Source of the DNA: an uncultured Gemmatimonadales bacterium
GTDB taxonomy: Bacteria > Gemmatimonadota > Gemmatimonadetes > Longimicrobiales > RSA9
NCBI GenBank assembly: GCA_963798085.1
Contig: CAWCRS010000003.1
Coordinates: 672,001 to 736,000 of the forward strand
Length of the DNA stretch: 64,000 nucleotides
Direction of reading: 5' to 3'
A program made the translations under genes and the position numbers. Below, in pieces: positions 32,099-43,996 of the stretch. The first letter of the stretch is position 1. Each line of letters starts with the position of its first letter. Below the pieces are notes generated by a model. That model was not told the DNA's origin, did not search any database, and worked only from the letters and a program-made list of their open reading frames with translations.

Positions 32099-34594
32099 TC
32101 AGCGCGGCGCGTCGCCACGGATCATGCGCAGCCCGAAGATCGTGGCTACCTGACTGCCCTGCTTCGCCTCGAAGCGCACGGTCACCTTCGACTTGCCCTG
32201 CAGCAGCGCGGCCGGGATGGGGATCTCCACATCGTAGAAGCGACGCGGCTCGCTCCGGCTAACCGTCTGTTGTGAGACCGCCTGTCCGTCCACCATGACC
32301 GTGAAGTTCGCGGGCAGGCCACGCCGGTCGTCGCTGTAGTACGTGAGCAGCAGCACCATGGGGTGCGCGGGCTCGACCGGGATGTCGTAGGAGAACCAGC
32401 TGCTGCCGTGGCGGCCGGGACGACCCAGCATGCGCTGCGGCTGGGCGCCCTCGCCGGCCTGGTAGTTGAACTGCCGCTCGAACACGGTTTCCCCCGGCTG
32501 CAGCCAGGCGACGGTGGCCGCCTCCAGCCTGCGCAGCCGCTCCGCCTCCGCGGCGTATCCCGCGCGCTCCTTCTCCCATTCCTCGGGCGTGAAGAAGTCC
32601 CAGTACAGCGCATAGGTCCGGCGAGGCAGCTGATGGAAGGGCACCATGTCGATGTCGTGCAGCTTGCCATCCGCATCCGCTTCGCGGCCCACACCCATCG
32701 CTGCGGAAGCGCACGGGCGAGTCGCCCACGCGCTTCAGCCAGTCGGCGACCGGCCGGTCCGCGGCGACCAGCACGGGGACCTTGTCGGGTTGCGACTCGG
32801 AGTCATCGCCGGAGCGCCGACGCGGCGGCTCGGGGCCAATGTCGCCGGCCAGCACGAGCGGTCCCCACATCACGCGCGGCCCGGCGAGGATTGTCGGGCA
32901 CGGGCTCGAGGCGGAGCGACTTCGGCAGTGTCAGCTCTACGGTGTCGCCTGTCTTCCACGTGCGCTTCACCTCGACAAACGTGCTCACGGGGTACGGCCA
33001 GTCGTACAGCCGGCTGCCCGGTATGCGCGGCGGCGAGGGTGCGTTGGAGGAAGAGGTGTCAATGGTTTCGCCGTTCACCCGGAGGGCGAAGCCGTCGCCT
33101 GCCCAATACGGCCGGCGCAGCGCCAGCGTGAACGCGCGCGGCTGCTTCAGCGCTAACGTGAGTTTAGCGCTCTCGCCTTCGGGAAAATCCGTGTCCATGG
33201 TGAGGCGCACACCGGCGGCGGCCCAGTCGGCGGTGGACGGCGCGTAGAGATTCACCCACAGCCGGTCGCCATCCTCGTGGTAGATGCCGTAGCCGTGCAG
33301 TGCGTGGTTCTCCATGCCGGTGCCGACGCAGCAGGTGAAGTCGCGCAGCGGATCCTGGTACTCGTGCTGCACGCCGCGGCCGACCGGCACCATGTAGCAG
33401 ACGCGGCCGTCCTGCGGATCGATGGATGCCAGCACGTGGTTGAACAGCGCGCGCTCGTGGAAATCGGCAATGTGCGCATCGGGCTGCAGCGAGAACAGCG
33501 TGCGCGTGAGCTTGAGCATGTTGTAGACGTTGCAGGACTCGCAGGTGCGGCCATCCACGCCATCGTTCAACTTGTCGGGCGGCGTGAAGTACTCGTCGGT
33601 GCCGTGGCCGCCCGAGGCGAAGCTGTGATGCTGCACCACCGCATCCCAGAAGAAGCTCGCGGCAATGAGATCGGCGGCGTTGCCGGTATCGAGGTAGCGC
33701 GCGGCCGAGCCGACCAGCTTGGGGATCTGCGTGTTGCCGTGCTTGCCGCCCAGATCATCCTGATGGTGCTGCAGCGGCTCGATGAAGGCGAGGTGCTCGA
33801 ACTTGTACGAGAGGTCGAGCCAGCGCGCGTCGCCGGTGTCCACGTGCAGACCCACTAACACCTCGTTCATGCCGCCATGCTCGGTGTTGAGCATGTGCTG
33901 GATCTGCGCGTCATCGAGCGGCGCCAGGATGCCGGCCGCCCATTCCGCGAACTTCACCTCGACCGCGAGCGCGCTGCGGTTGCCCGTGTAGCGGTAGGCA
34001 TCGCGCAGCCCGGCGAACGTCTTGTGCAGCGTGTACCAGGGCGACCAGTCGCCGTTGAGGTCGAACGCGGCCGAGCGGATCTCGCCCTTCTGCAGCATGC
34101 CGAACGTGCGCCGTCCGTTCTCCAGCGCGCTGAGATAGCCATCGCCGTGCTTGTCCTGCACTTCCTTCAGCTGCGACACGATGTAGTCCGCGCGCTGCCT
34201 TGAAGCGCGCATCGCCGGTGGCCGGCGTACATCAGGCTGACGGCGGAGAGGTAGTGCCCGGCAATGTGACCCGTGAGGTTGCGCCCGTCGCCATCCCAGC
34301 CGGCATAGGGCTCGGCCTTCGGCTCGGCAGGCCCGCGCGCTTGCGGTAGTACGCGAGCATGCGGTCGGGCTCGAGCTCGAGCAGGTAGCGGGCATCGAGC
34401 TGCTGCGCGTGGGCGAGCGGACCCCCCGTGAGGCGGACGGCCTCCATGGGCAACGGCCGGGCCTTGATAACAGCGGTGTTTGCGGGCGCCCGCGGCGAAC
34501 CCGCTGCTTCGGCCAGCAGCGGATGGCCCAGCAGCAGCGGGGCCGCGCCGGTTCCCAGACCCACCTTGAGCGCCGTGCGCCGGGACATTGTCAT
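32099..34594 (-). CDS. Tat-exported GH127/GH146-like glycoside hydrolase (several frameshifts)
   Basis: MSRRTALK Tat signal; GHIAGHYLSA, EHGGMNE, HGNTQIPK, CESCNVYNMLKL, FTCCVGTGMEN. Confidence 0.9.
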
Positions 34595-34828
34595 GGGCGT
34601 CCTCCTCCATCGTGGTGTGCTGCAGCGGGCTGATCGTCGTGCGCCGGCACCTGAATGGCAAGGCTCCAGCGCGGCCGGTAACGGGTCGAACCTCAAGGTT
34701 GACGGCGCCCCTCGCCGGTGCAGTCCAGCAAGGGTGGCAATGTATCGGTGATGTAACAAGTATGTCGCCGAAAGACGATGGAACAGTAAATTAGGGCGCC
34801 GAATCAAGCAGTCGAAGGGAGGCGGCCC

Positions 34829-35632
34829 ATGTTCTCGGCCCACCATTCTCAGTGCGCGAAGGGCGGCAGCGCCGTTGCTGGTTTGCGCGGGTCTTGCGGC
34901 CCACGGCGTGATTGCGGCGCAGGTCCCGGCAGAATCCCACGCGAAGGTCCCCGCGCTGCGGGTCATCGATGGACGGCTGGAGAGTGCGCTGCGGCTGCTG
35001 GTAGCGGGATCGCCCCGTGCAGCCGGCGTGCTCGAGTCACTGGCTGCGAGCGGGCTACCCGTAGCGATCGGCACACCGGCGGAGCTGGCGGCCCTCCCGG
35101 ATGCGGAAGGTGGTCCGGCGCCTGAGGAGCGGCGCGCGCTGCTTGCCGAGCCTGGTGCGAAGGGCATGCAGGATGAGCCGCCGATTGCGTGGGTGGTGTT
35201 CCGCGTGGCGCCGCCCCCGTCGGCCGCAGGCGGCAAGAAGGGTGGGGAGGACGTCGTGGAGCGCGTCTGGCTGGCAGTCGAGGTGGACAGCATTGAGCGC
35301 TGGATACGCGCCACCGGCTGGTCCGACGCGGAAGACCGGATCCAGGCGGATCTGCTGGCGACACTGGCGCACGAGTTTGTCGCGCATGTGGGCAGCATTG
35401 CGGGAACGCGCGACGTCTTTCCGACTTCTGCGATGACCCGCCGCCGTCGCCGGACGGCGGCCCGCGCGTCTCAGGTCCGCTTGCCTGTTCCATTCGCGTC
35501 GAGAACCAGGTACGCCGGGAATTGAATCAGGGCCTGAACCTGACGGGGTCCCGCCGCCTGCCTGAACGGCGCAGCTACGCTCTGGACGTCATGAACTTCG
35601 CCCGGGCATACATTCACCGCCGAGCGCGCTGA
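34829..35632 (+). CDS. putative secreted zincin-like protein (frameshifted)
   Basis: Signal-like N-terminus; LAHEFVAH; ENQVRREL in shifted frame. Confidence 0.5.
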
Positions 35633-35669
35633 GGGCGCGGCGGCTGGCGCGGAGGACTGCAGTCTTGAT

Positions 35670-35755
35670 GGAACGGATTGAATGGAATTACGGATTGCAG
35701 GGAACTACGAACTGAACGGAATCACGGTATTGAACGGAATCACGGATTGAACCGA
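35670..35755 (+). repeat. short degenerate direct repeats
   Basis: TGAACGGAATCACGG x2 plus degenerate GAACGGATTG / GGAATTACGGATTG. Confidence 0.6.
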
Positions 35756-35894
35756 TCCGGGATCGAAAGGATTGGCGACCGTTCGGCGCGATGGCGGCGG
35801 ACGGTTTTTTCTTGCGGCATTGCGACGCGGGAAACGACAAGCATTCTCCGCAGCCCCCGATGTTCTGATTGCGAGTCTCTGCGAACTCCGGGCA

Positions 35895-36509
35895 TCAGAA
35901 GTCGTTCTGGTAGCTGAGTACTACGAAGCGGCCGTCGCGTTCGAGGATGGCGCCGAACAGGTGGAGTGTGACCGGTTTTTCGCGGTCACGTCCGAGTGTG
36001 ACGACGCAGCCCGTCCAGAGACGATTCTCGCCCTCGGTGCTCGGCTGCGCATCACAGCGGTAGCCGCGGAAGTCGAGTCTGCGGCCACCGAACTCGCGCA
36101 GTGCGCGGAACACGCCTTTGCGGTTTCGCTCCTGCCACTGGAACCACGCGAGAGCGGGCGGCAGCTCGTAGGGCGGCTGGGCGGTTGGCGCTGTCGGATA
36201 GTAGAGCCAGGCGAATTCGGCGCGGTTCAGTGACAGCTTTTCGAAAGCCATTGTGTCATTCGCCGCGAGCGCGTCCATGACCCGGTGCACGAGGGCGTCG
36301 CGGCTGGCAGCGCCGCCGCTCAGGGACGCTGGCTCAGTCAGGTCCGCGCGGAATCTTGCCAGCATTACGGGCATGGGAAAGACGCTGTCGACCACGCCGG
36401 CCGAGGCCGTGCTGGATTGTGCCGCGGCTCCGGGCGTGCCGGATCCGCAGGCGCCGGTGGCCAGGAAGAGTGGCGCCAGCAGGAGCAGTCGCTTCATGGT
36501 GCCGGTCAT
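35895..36509 (-). CDS. hypothetical lipoprotein
   Basis: MKRLLLLAPLFLATGAC lipobox; EFAWLYYP, LFGAILERDGRF. Confidence 0.7.
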   Translation of the reverse strand: MTGTMKRLLLLAPLFLATGACGSGTPGAAAQSSTASAGVVDSVFPMPVMLARFRADLTEPASLSGGAASRDALVHRVMDALAANDTMAFEKLSLNRAEFAWLYYPTAPTAQPPYELPPALAWFQWQERNRKGVFRALREFGGRRLDFRGYRCDAQPSTEGENRLWTGCVVTLGRDREKPVTLHLFGAILERDGRFVVLSYQNDF

Positions 36510-36595
36510 GCGGGTCGCGTTAGTGCCGTGTTAGTCTGCTGCAGCGGCCGGGGGTGATCGACACCCCGGCCGCCGATTCTGTTCTGCGACAGTTG

Positions 36596-38294
36596 TCAGT
36601 TACGCTGGAAGTTGGTCCAGCCCGCAATCCACGACGTGGCCCCTGCCGGGTCCAGTGCGCCCTGGTAGGCGGTGGCCGGCATGGCGGCGCCGAAGAAGTT
36701 CTGGGTGCGTGCCGACAGCGGCGTTCCCGCGAACGAGGACAGTCCGCCCGTTGCGGCGGGCGATGTCGCGGCCAGCCCGATATTGATGTTGGCCGTGGTA
36801 ACGGCGGTCGCACCTGTGGGCAGTGCGCCGGTGAAAAGGGCCGCCAGCGTTGCCTCGGTGACCTTCCACGCGGCCGCATTGTCCTTGACGAGCGAGCCGA
36901 AGTTGGCGCCGACCGCCTCGAAGTTGCTGCCGTTTTCGGCGAGGATCACGTTGCGGAAGTAGAGCGAGTCCACATTGAGCAGCGCCTTGCTTTCCGGGTC
37001 GCGGATGCTGATGCCGACGCCGGGCCAGCGGCCGATGATCCCGTTGACGAAGTTGCCGCCCGAGCCGCGGCGCACCACGGCGCCGTTGCCGTCTGTGGCG
37101 GTGAACACGCCCGGGCCCGGTCCGATAACCGTGAAGTTAGCCCAGACCGGGCATGGAGTAGGGCGTGTTGGCGAAGGTGCAGCCCGCCTTGTCGATCTCG
37201 CAGCCGTCCCCCTCGAAGCCGCGCGGATCGCTGGAGACGGTGCCGGTGCCGGCGCGCGGCTGGATGACGGAGGTCTGCAGCGCGATCAGGTACTGACCGC
37301 GGCCCTGGTAGCCCTCGGTCCAGTCGTAATGGTCGTCGCCCGATTCGAAGGAGACCATGTGGCGCATGTCGTAGGCGCCGCCGAACGATTCGAAGGCGTC
37401 ATCGAGGCCGGCCATGGACTGCACGTAATCGTAGGTAGTTCCACGGCCGACGGCGTAGCTGGAAATGCTGTTCAGCTCCTGGCCGCCGCCGTTGGAGACG
37501 TCATAGCCGGCGAATTCGACGCGTACGTACGAGAGCGAGCCGGAGCTGTCGTTGAAGTCATTGCCGCCGGCGTAGTTCTCGGCCGCGCCGACCGGGCCTT
37601 CCGTGAAGATCGGGTTAGCCGTGCGGTTGATCAGACCGTTGCCGACGATGATGATGCCGCCCCAGTCGCCGGGCTTGCGGTTGGGATTCGAGCGCGCCGA
37701 AGTGAACACGATGGGTGCGGCCGCGGTCCCGTTGGCAATGATCCTGGAGCCGCGCAGGATCCAGAGCGAACTGCCCGGAACCAGCGTGTCACCCACGATC
37801 TTCGTGCCCGCCTGAATCGTGAGCGTCGCGTTGTTGCTGACCTTGACGTAGCCGCTCAGCGTGTAGACGGTGTCCGCGTAGAACGTCCGGTTGAGCGTGA
37901 TGCCGGTAACGACCGCAACCTTGGGGCCCTCGGCGGGAGTGGTCACGGTCGCGGCCGTGCTCGCATTGCTCGTCTCACTGCCTTTCACCGAGTGCACCTT
38001 GTAGCTGTAAAGCGTGTTCGCCTTGAGCCCGTTGTCCAGGTAAACCGTCGACGTGAGACCGGACTGCACGGAAGCGAAGGCGCCGCTGCCTTCCGCGCGT
38101 TCGACCATGTAGCTGTCGGCGCCGGAGACCTGCGACCACGTCACTGTCACGGCCGTGGGTGAGGTCGCGATGGCGGCCACTCCGGTGGGCGGGGTCACGG
38201 TTGCGGGTGCGGTGCTGTCGCTCTTGCAGGCCGCCAGCGCGGCGGTCAGGCACGCCGTGGACAGCAGCAGGAGTTTGCGGTAGCGGGTTTGCAT
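36596..38294 (-). CDS. lipoprotein with FN3 and beta-helix domains (frameshift near 37137)
   Basis: LAAC lipobox; FN3 (VTWSQVSGADSY..YSYKV); PIVFTS, GDWGG, SGSLSYVRVEFAG, DDAFESFGG. Confidence 0.85.
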
Positions 38295-38632
38295 GTGTGT
38301 CGTTCTCCGATTGCGTGGGGAGGTCTCCATGTCCGGAGCCCGCAGCATATCGTGAACGTGTACGCGCGCGACGACGCGGTGGTAACGATGCAGTCACACG
38401 GTCACGGAAGCCGCATTCTGCATGCGTGGGGGAGCGGCACACACTCGCCCTGCGCATGCGCGTGTGTACCACATGTGACACGAGTGGTGGTTCGCACGCG
38501 GCGCCCATACGGTCGCACAAGGAAGAGTCAGACGGCAGGAACGCGTGCACCCTGGCGGGCGCGCGCAAACACCGCGCCGGCAGTCGTGCTCCGTCCAGAC
38601 ACATGCATACCTACACCCGCGGGCCGGCGCGA

Positions 38633-38672
38633 AGGTGCGCCAGTGCAGGTGCGCCAGTGCAGGTGCGCCAGT
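38633..38672 (+). repeat. 14-bp tandem repeat, about 3 copies
   Basis: AGGTGCGCCAGTGC x2 + AGGTGCGCCAGT. Confidence 0.9.
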
Positions 38673-38700
38673 CCTGTTCGGAACCGGATGCGACTGCGGT

Positions 38701-41502
38701 CTACTGCAGGTTCCAGCTGAAGCCGAGGCTGAAGACGCGACCGGTCCTGTACCTGTACCGGATCACATTGCCCTGTTTGTTCTCGTGCGCGGCATTGAGC
38801 AGGTTCTTCGCATCCAGCTTGCCGCTGAGTCCGCCGCGCACCGGAAAGCGCAGGGCGAAGTCCAGCAATTGACGCGGCTGCTCATAGGTATCGACGGTTA
38901 CGGGCGTCACGGCCGCCGAAGTAATACGCTTGCCGACGACATTGTAGAGCAGTGTGGCGCTGGTCGAGCCGGCGCCACCGGCCCAGGAGACACCCGCATT
39001 CACGACGTAGGGCGCCTGACCCACCATGGGCCGTTTGTCATTCGTCAGAGCGGACAGGTTGCTGTTGCTGGTGTTGATGCGGCTCTTCATGACGGTGACG
39101 TTGCTGAAGACCGCCACCGGGCGCAGAGACTCGGTCAGGAAAGCCAGTGTCTTCCGCAGTTCCAGCTCGACACCGTAGTTGAAGGCGGCCTCGGCGTTGA
39201 TGTAGCTCAGCTGCGAAACCCCCGACGTGGCGACGTCGATGGGCTCGATGGGTTTGTCGAAGTGCTTGGCGAACACGCCAATGCTCAGCACTTCGTCCAG
39301 GTTCGGATAGAACTCCCAGCGGGCGTCGTAGTTCTGCACGCGTGTGCGCACCAGGCTGGAGTCGCCGAACACTTCGCGGTCACCCAGCATGTCGCGGTAG
39401 CTGATGGGCGCCAGCTCGCGGTACTCGGGGCGCGACAGCGTCTGTGAGACCGACAGGCGCAGCGTATTCCTCTCGCCAATGCCGGCATTGAGCGCGAGCG
39501 AGGGCAGCACATCGGTGTTGGTACGCTTGATGTTGATCACTGCGCGGCTGACGGGCTCCGCATTCATGTCGAGGTTCCAGCGTTCCACGCGCGCGCCGCC
39601 GATGAGCCGCAGCTTCGAGCCGAGTGGTATCTCGGTCATGGCGTAGCCGGCGGACACGCGGTCCGTCGCGTTGTAGGTGCCGCCCGCGGAGTTGGGCTCG
39701 AGCGTGATGTGCGCTTCGGAGCCGGTCGTGTACGAGCCATAGAACAGCTGATCGGGCGTCGCCATGCGCTGCGTGGCGCTCAGGCCCAGGGCGCGCAGGT
39801 TGTACGACGACGTCTCCGCATCGCGGTTGGTGCGGCGGTAGGCACCGCCCAGCTGGAAGTGCACTTCCCGGTCGGCCGGCCCGAAGGACAGGCGCCATGC
39901 GGCACTGCCCTCGAGCACGTCCTCGGTGAGATCGCTGGAGGTGCGCTTGGCCGCCTCGGGGATGAAGCCCAGCCAGGAAAGCGGCAGTCGCTCACCCGTG
40001 GGGGCGAACTCGTAACCGTACGCCAGGTCGGAGCGATCCGGCTCCACGCGCGAGACGCCGGAAGAGGTGATCGACCAGTCGACGCGGTTGTGCTCGTTGA
40101 GTTGATGCTCGGCGCGCAGCTGGTTGGAGCGGACGCTGCGTTCGACATAGCGCAGCGACGTGCGACGCACACTGTCCACCTGACCCTGGAATTCCTCGAG
40201 CGTGCCCCAGTCCTGATGCGCCTCGTTGTCCGCGCTGCGGTCGTAGGTGTTGTGCAGCTCGATCCTGGTGGTGCGGCCCAGGTAGGTGCTCAGGTTGAGC
40301 AGCCCACCCCACAACACGCTGTTAAGGCCGGTGGAGCCGATGAAGGTATTGTACGGTTTGGGCGTGCCGGACGCATCGGCGGGAACCGCCCTCGCCGTGA
40401 TCTCGCCTTCATGGATTTCCTGGCTGCGCGCGTAGGTCAGCGAGCCGACATACCCCAGCCGGTGACCGAACACCGGGTCTTCCCCGCCGAAGGAGAGGCC
40501 ACCGGACACGTTGGGCGAGCCACTCGCCTGGTTGAATGTCCAGTCGCGTGGCAGTGCGCGGATCAGGCCGTTGACATCGGACTGCGTGAGATTCGAGAAG
40601 TCCGTGATACTGGTGAGCTGCACCGGCAGCTTGCGCTCGCTTGCAGCCAGGCCGAGCCATTCGCGGCCCATGGTGACCGGTATGGGGATATCCTGGCCGA
40701 CCGCTCGATTGTTGGCGCCTCCCGTGAGCGTGAACTGGAACATGCGCTGCGCGGGGAACGAGCGTGTGCGCAGGTTCACCTGTGCGCCACTGAAGTCGCC
40801 GGGTTGATCGGGGGTGAACGTCTTGGAGGTCGTGATCGCTTCGAGCAGGTTGGACGGGAACAGGTCGAGCGGCACTTCCTTCTTTTCCGGATCCGGGCTG
40901 GGCACGCGGGCGCCGTTGAGCGAGGTCGTTGTGTAACGCTCACCGAGTCCGCGCACGAACACCGATTTGCCGTCGCGTACGGTAACACCGCTCACGCGCT
41001 GCACGGCTTCGGCCGCATCGCTGTCGGGACTCTTCGCGATCTGCTCTGACGTGGTCGCGCTGGTCACGCCAATGGCGGTGCGCTGCGCATTGAGCGCAGC
41101 ACTCACGGTGCCGCGCTCGCGCGTGGCCGACACGGTAATCGCATCAATGGCGAGGGCGGCAGTGGCCAGTGAGACATCCTGAACGGCCGCGTCGCTCGTG
41201 CCTACCTGAATGCCCTCCACGGTCTTGGCGCCGTAGCCAATGAACGTGACCGTGATCGCGTGCGTGCCCGCGGGAACGTCGGAAAGGGTGTAACGGCCGT
41301 CCACGCGGGACAGCGTTCCAATGCCTGTGCCAACCACCTGGATCTGCGCACCGGAAACCGGCCGGCCGGTTGCCGCATCAACGATCCGTCCGACAATGCG
41401 ACCGGCCATGCGTTGCTCCGAGCCGACCTCATTCTGCGAAGCCGCAGCATGCACGGGACCCATGAGTGCGCCCAGAAGGAGCGCACAACCGAGTTTTCTC
41501 AT
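38701..41502 (-). CDS. TonB-dependent receptor
   Basis: Carboxypeptidase-like N-domain, plug (VFVRGLGERY..VPLDLFP), barrel, SRPEYRELAP. Confidence 0.93.
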   Translation of the reverse strand: MRKLGCALLLGALMGPVHAAASQNEVGSEQRMAGRIVGRIVDAATGRPVSGAQIQVVGTGIGTLSRVDGRYTLSDVPAGTHAITVTFIGYGAKTVEGIQVGTSDAAVQDVSLATAALAIDAITVSATRERGTVSAALNAQRTAIGVTSATTSEQIAKSPDSDAAEAVQRVSGVTVRDGKSVFVRGLGERYTTTSLNGARVPSPDPEKKEVPLDLFPSNLLEAITTSKTFTPDQPGDFSGAQVNLRTRSFPAQRMFQFTLTGGANNRAVGQDIPIPVTMGREWLGLAASERKLPVQLTSITDFSNLTQSDVNGLIRALPRDWTFNQASGSPNVSGGLSFGGEDPVFGHRLGYVGSLTYARSQEIHEGEITARAVPADASGTPKPYNTFIGSTGLNSVLWGGLLNLSTYLGRTTRIELHNTYDRSADNEAHQDWGTLEEFQGQVDSVRRTSLRYVERSVRSNQLRAEHQLNEHNRVDWSITSSGVSRVEPDRSDLAYGYEFAPTGERLPLSWLGFIPEAAKRTSSDLTEDVLEGSAAWRLSFGPADREVHFQLGGAYRRTNRDAETSSYNLRALGLSATQRMATPDQLFYGSYTTGSEAHITLEPNSAGGTYNATDRVSAGYAMTEIPLGSKLRLIGGARVERWNLDMNAEPVSRAVINIKRTNTDVLPSLALNAGIGERNTLRLSVSQTLSRPEYRELAPISYRDMLGDREVFGDSSLVRTRVQNYDARWEFYPNLDEVLSIGVFAKHFDKPIEPIDVATSGVSQLSYINAEAAFNYGVELELRKTLAFLTESLRPVAVFSNVTVMKSRINTSNSNLSALTNDKRPMVGQAPYVVNAGVSWAGGAGSTSATLLYNVVGKRITSAAVTPVTVDTYEQPRQLLDFALRFPVRGGLSGKLDAKNLLNAAHENKQGNVIRYRYRTGRVFSLGFSWNLQ

Positions 41503-41621
41503 CCGCCAATCCTCATCTGAGGAAACGCGCTCTGGTGCGTGGCCGCCGCCAGCGGGGCTGCCACGGTCGGGAAGGTAGATTGAAAGGTAGACTGGCGGAT
41601 ACGTTGAACCGGCAACGACTC

Positions 41622-41650
41622 AGTCAACGTTTTGTAAAGGCCGTGTTACC
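41622..41650 (-). promoter_or_regulatory. OmpR/PhoB-type 11-bp-periodic boxes
   Basis: GGTAACA-N4-CTTTACA-N4-GTTGACT upstream of TBDR. Confidence 0.45.
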
Positions 41651-41722
41651 AGGGAGGGCGGCTCACGCTGCGATCGGGCGCTGTTACACAGGCCGGATGG
41701 CTGGTGGGGCGGGGGCGTCCGC

Positions 41723-43996
41723 TCAGAGACTGACCTGCAGGCGATCCCCGTTGAAGGTGACGCGCCGGATGGCGGTCTCACCGGCCAGGCGGACTTCAAT
41801 GCGGCGACTCGCCGGCGGACGCATGTGCGACCCATCCGCAAGACGGAGTGTCAGTGTACGGTCCGCGTCGCGCCACTCCATGAGCATGCGCATGCCGCCG
41901 TCCTTCTGATAATCGAGCGTCAGGCCATCGTCTTCGTACACGCTGGCCTGTCCATCCTGACCAGGATGAACCATGAGGGTGAGCGGTTCGTCGACGGGCT
42001 CGCTCGTGTACTGGCGCACGGGACCGAGCGGCAGGATGGCGCCGGCGCGCACGAAGAGCGGCGTCGTCTGCAGATCGACAGGGCGCACGACTTCGCGGCC
42101 GCCTGCGAGGCGTTCGCTGGTCCAGAAGTCGTACCACTCGCCTGCGGGCAGCCAGACGGTGCGCCGGGTGACGCCTTTCTCGAGTACCGGCGCGACGAGC
42201 AGGTCACGGCCCCAGAGGTACTCGTCGGCGCGGGCCGCGGCGGCAGGGTCGTCGGGGTAGTGCAGCCAGAGCGCGCGCATGACGGGCATTCCCGTGTCGT
42301 GCGTCTCGCGCGCGGCCGTGTAGAGATACGGCAGCAGGCGGTAGCGCAGCTCGAGGTATTTGCGGCAGATGGGCTCGACCTGCGCGTTGTGCAATTCTTC
42401 GGGCGGCGGATTGCCGGCGCCGCCCGTGTAGTTCGCGATCTCGTCGTGACCCAGCTCGCCGGTGTTCCAGCCCCATGGCAGACGCAGGTGCCAGGTGCGA
42501 CCGTGCGCGCGGAACAGCGTGCAGAAGGCGCCGAACTGGAACCAGCGCACGTGCAGCTCGCCGGTGTACTCGGGCGTGGGCACGAAACCGCCGATGTCGG
42601 TGCCCCACCATGGAATGCCGCTCAACCCCGTGTTAATGGCGACCGCCACGTGCGTGCGCAGCGTTTCCCACGTCGAGTAGACATCGCCTGACCACAGGAA
42701 TGCCGCGTACCTGGCCATGCCCGCATACCCGTTACGGTGCAGCGCGAAGGGTCGCTGGCCCGGGCGTAACAGTTGTGTTCCATCCCAGTACATGCGGATG
42801 CGAGCGAGGCGGGATGCAGCGTCGAGGCCATCGCCCTGATCGGGCCACCAGCCATCGATGCCCTGCTGGAACACCTTGCGATGGATGGGCCAGTAGCAGC
42901 CGACGCGCTGCTCGTCGGGCCAGTTCTGTCCCGAGCCGGTGGTGGCTGGTGGATCGGGGCAGGGGTCGCCGACAGAGCCGATGAGGCGACGGCCTTCCAG
43001 CACGACGTGCAGCACGACGTGGTAGTGCAGCGCGTGCAGCTGGTCGAGCATGGCCTGCGGGTCGGGGAACACCTTCGGGTTCCAGTCAAACTCGCCGTTA
43101 CGCGTGTTCCAGCCCGACGGCGTGAAGCCGGTCCCGAGGTAGATCAGCGAATCACAGGGCAGCCGCTTTTCGCGGAAGGTGCGCGCCACCCACAGCACTT
43201 CCCCGGGTCCGGAGAGTGTGCGGTGCGACTGGTGGTAGCCGAACGACCATAGCGGCGGCAATTCGGGCCGGCCGGTCAGGCGAGCCCACTCGCCCATGAT
43301 GGCGACCGGGTCCTGTGCTTCGACAATGAAGATGTCGAGCGGCAGCGCGGCGCCCGGGGGCGGTGTGAAGCGCGCGGGTGCGCTGCTGAGATCGAAGCTG
43401 CCCAGCGGCTGGTGCACATAGAGCGCCCAGCCGTCCGTGCTGACCAGCCACTGGATGGGGACGCGGCCACCGTGCGTGCGCAGCTGATAACCGCCCTGTC
43501 CGCTGCGCATGCTGTAGCTCGCGCCCCTGCGATCGAACTGCGGTCCGCCCTCGCCCATGCCGAGGATGGGGCCGCGGCCGGGATCGAACGTGATTTCGCC
43601 GGTGGCTTCGTCAATGCGCAGCTCCTGCACCATGCGCCCGTCCGGCCGCGCGATGCGCAGTCTGAGCGGCGCTTCCGCGAGCGCCACGCGGAACGCGCCC
43701 ACGCTAACCGGACTGTTATCGGACGGGGCCACGCGTGTCGCCGGCGGGGGAACGGCTCCGACGAGCGCGCCATCGTCCGGGATGGCACTGGCGGATGGGA
43801 CAGCGGCCTGCACGCGGATGCGCAGGGTTGCGGGACTGACGGCGACCGCGGCGATCTCCACCGCCTGCCCGGCGATACGCAGCGCGGAGCTGCGCCAGCG
43901 CGCGGCAGGGCCGAGCAGGGCGAGCGCGGTGGACGAACCCAGCTGTCTTACGGCCTCGCGGCGCGAAATCGGGCTGCCTGCCTCGAAGTCTGTCAT
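41723..43996 (-). CDS. GH31 glycoside hydrolase, Tat signal
   Basis: SRREAV; LPPLWSFGYHQS, WWPDQG, WSGD, WGTDIGGF, LRYRLLPYLY. Confidence 0.93.
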   Translation of the reverse strand: MTDFEAGSPISRREAVRQLGSSTALALLGPAARWRSSALRIAGQAVEIAAVAVSPATLRIRVQAAVPSASAIPDDGALVGAVPPPATRVAPSDNSPVSVGAFRVALAEAPLRLRIARPDGRMVQELRIDEATGEITFDPGRGPILGMGEGGPQFDRRGASYSMRSGQGGYQLRTHGGRVPIQWLVSTDGWALYVHQPLGSFDLSSAPARFTPPPGAALPLDIFIVEAQDPVAIMGEWARLTGRPELPPLWSFGYHQSHRTLSGPGEVLWVARTFREKRLPCDSLIYLGTGFTPSGWNTRNGEFDWNPKVFPDPQAMLDQLHALHYHVVLHVVLEGRRLIGSVGDPCPDPPATTGSGQNWPDEQRVGCYWPIHRKVFQQGIDGWWPDQGDGLDAASRLARIRMYWDGTQLLRPGQRPFALHRNGYAGMARYAAFLWSGDVYSTWETLRTHVAVAINTGLSGIPWWGTDIGGFVPTPEYTGELHVRWFQFGAFCTLFRAHGRTWHLRLPWGWNTGELGHDEIANYTGGAGNPPPEELHNAQVEPICRKYLELRYRLLPYLYTAARETHDTGMPVMRALWLHYPDDPAAAARADEYLWGRDLLVAPVLEKGVTRRTVWLPAGEWYDFWTSERLAGGREVVRPVDLQTTPLFVRAGAILPLGPVRQYTSEPVDEPLTLMVHPGQDGQASVYEDDGLTLDYQKDGGMRMLMEWRDADRTLTLRLADGSHMRPPASRRIEVRLAGETAIRRVTFNGDRLQVSL

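Noticed and set aside
35670..35755. CRISPR array
   Set aside because: Units too short, no unique spacers, no cas genes
38633..38672. CRISPR or iteron array
   Set aside because: Simple head-to-tail 14-mer with no spacers or rep gene
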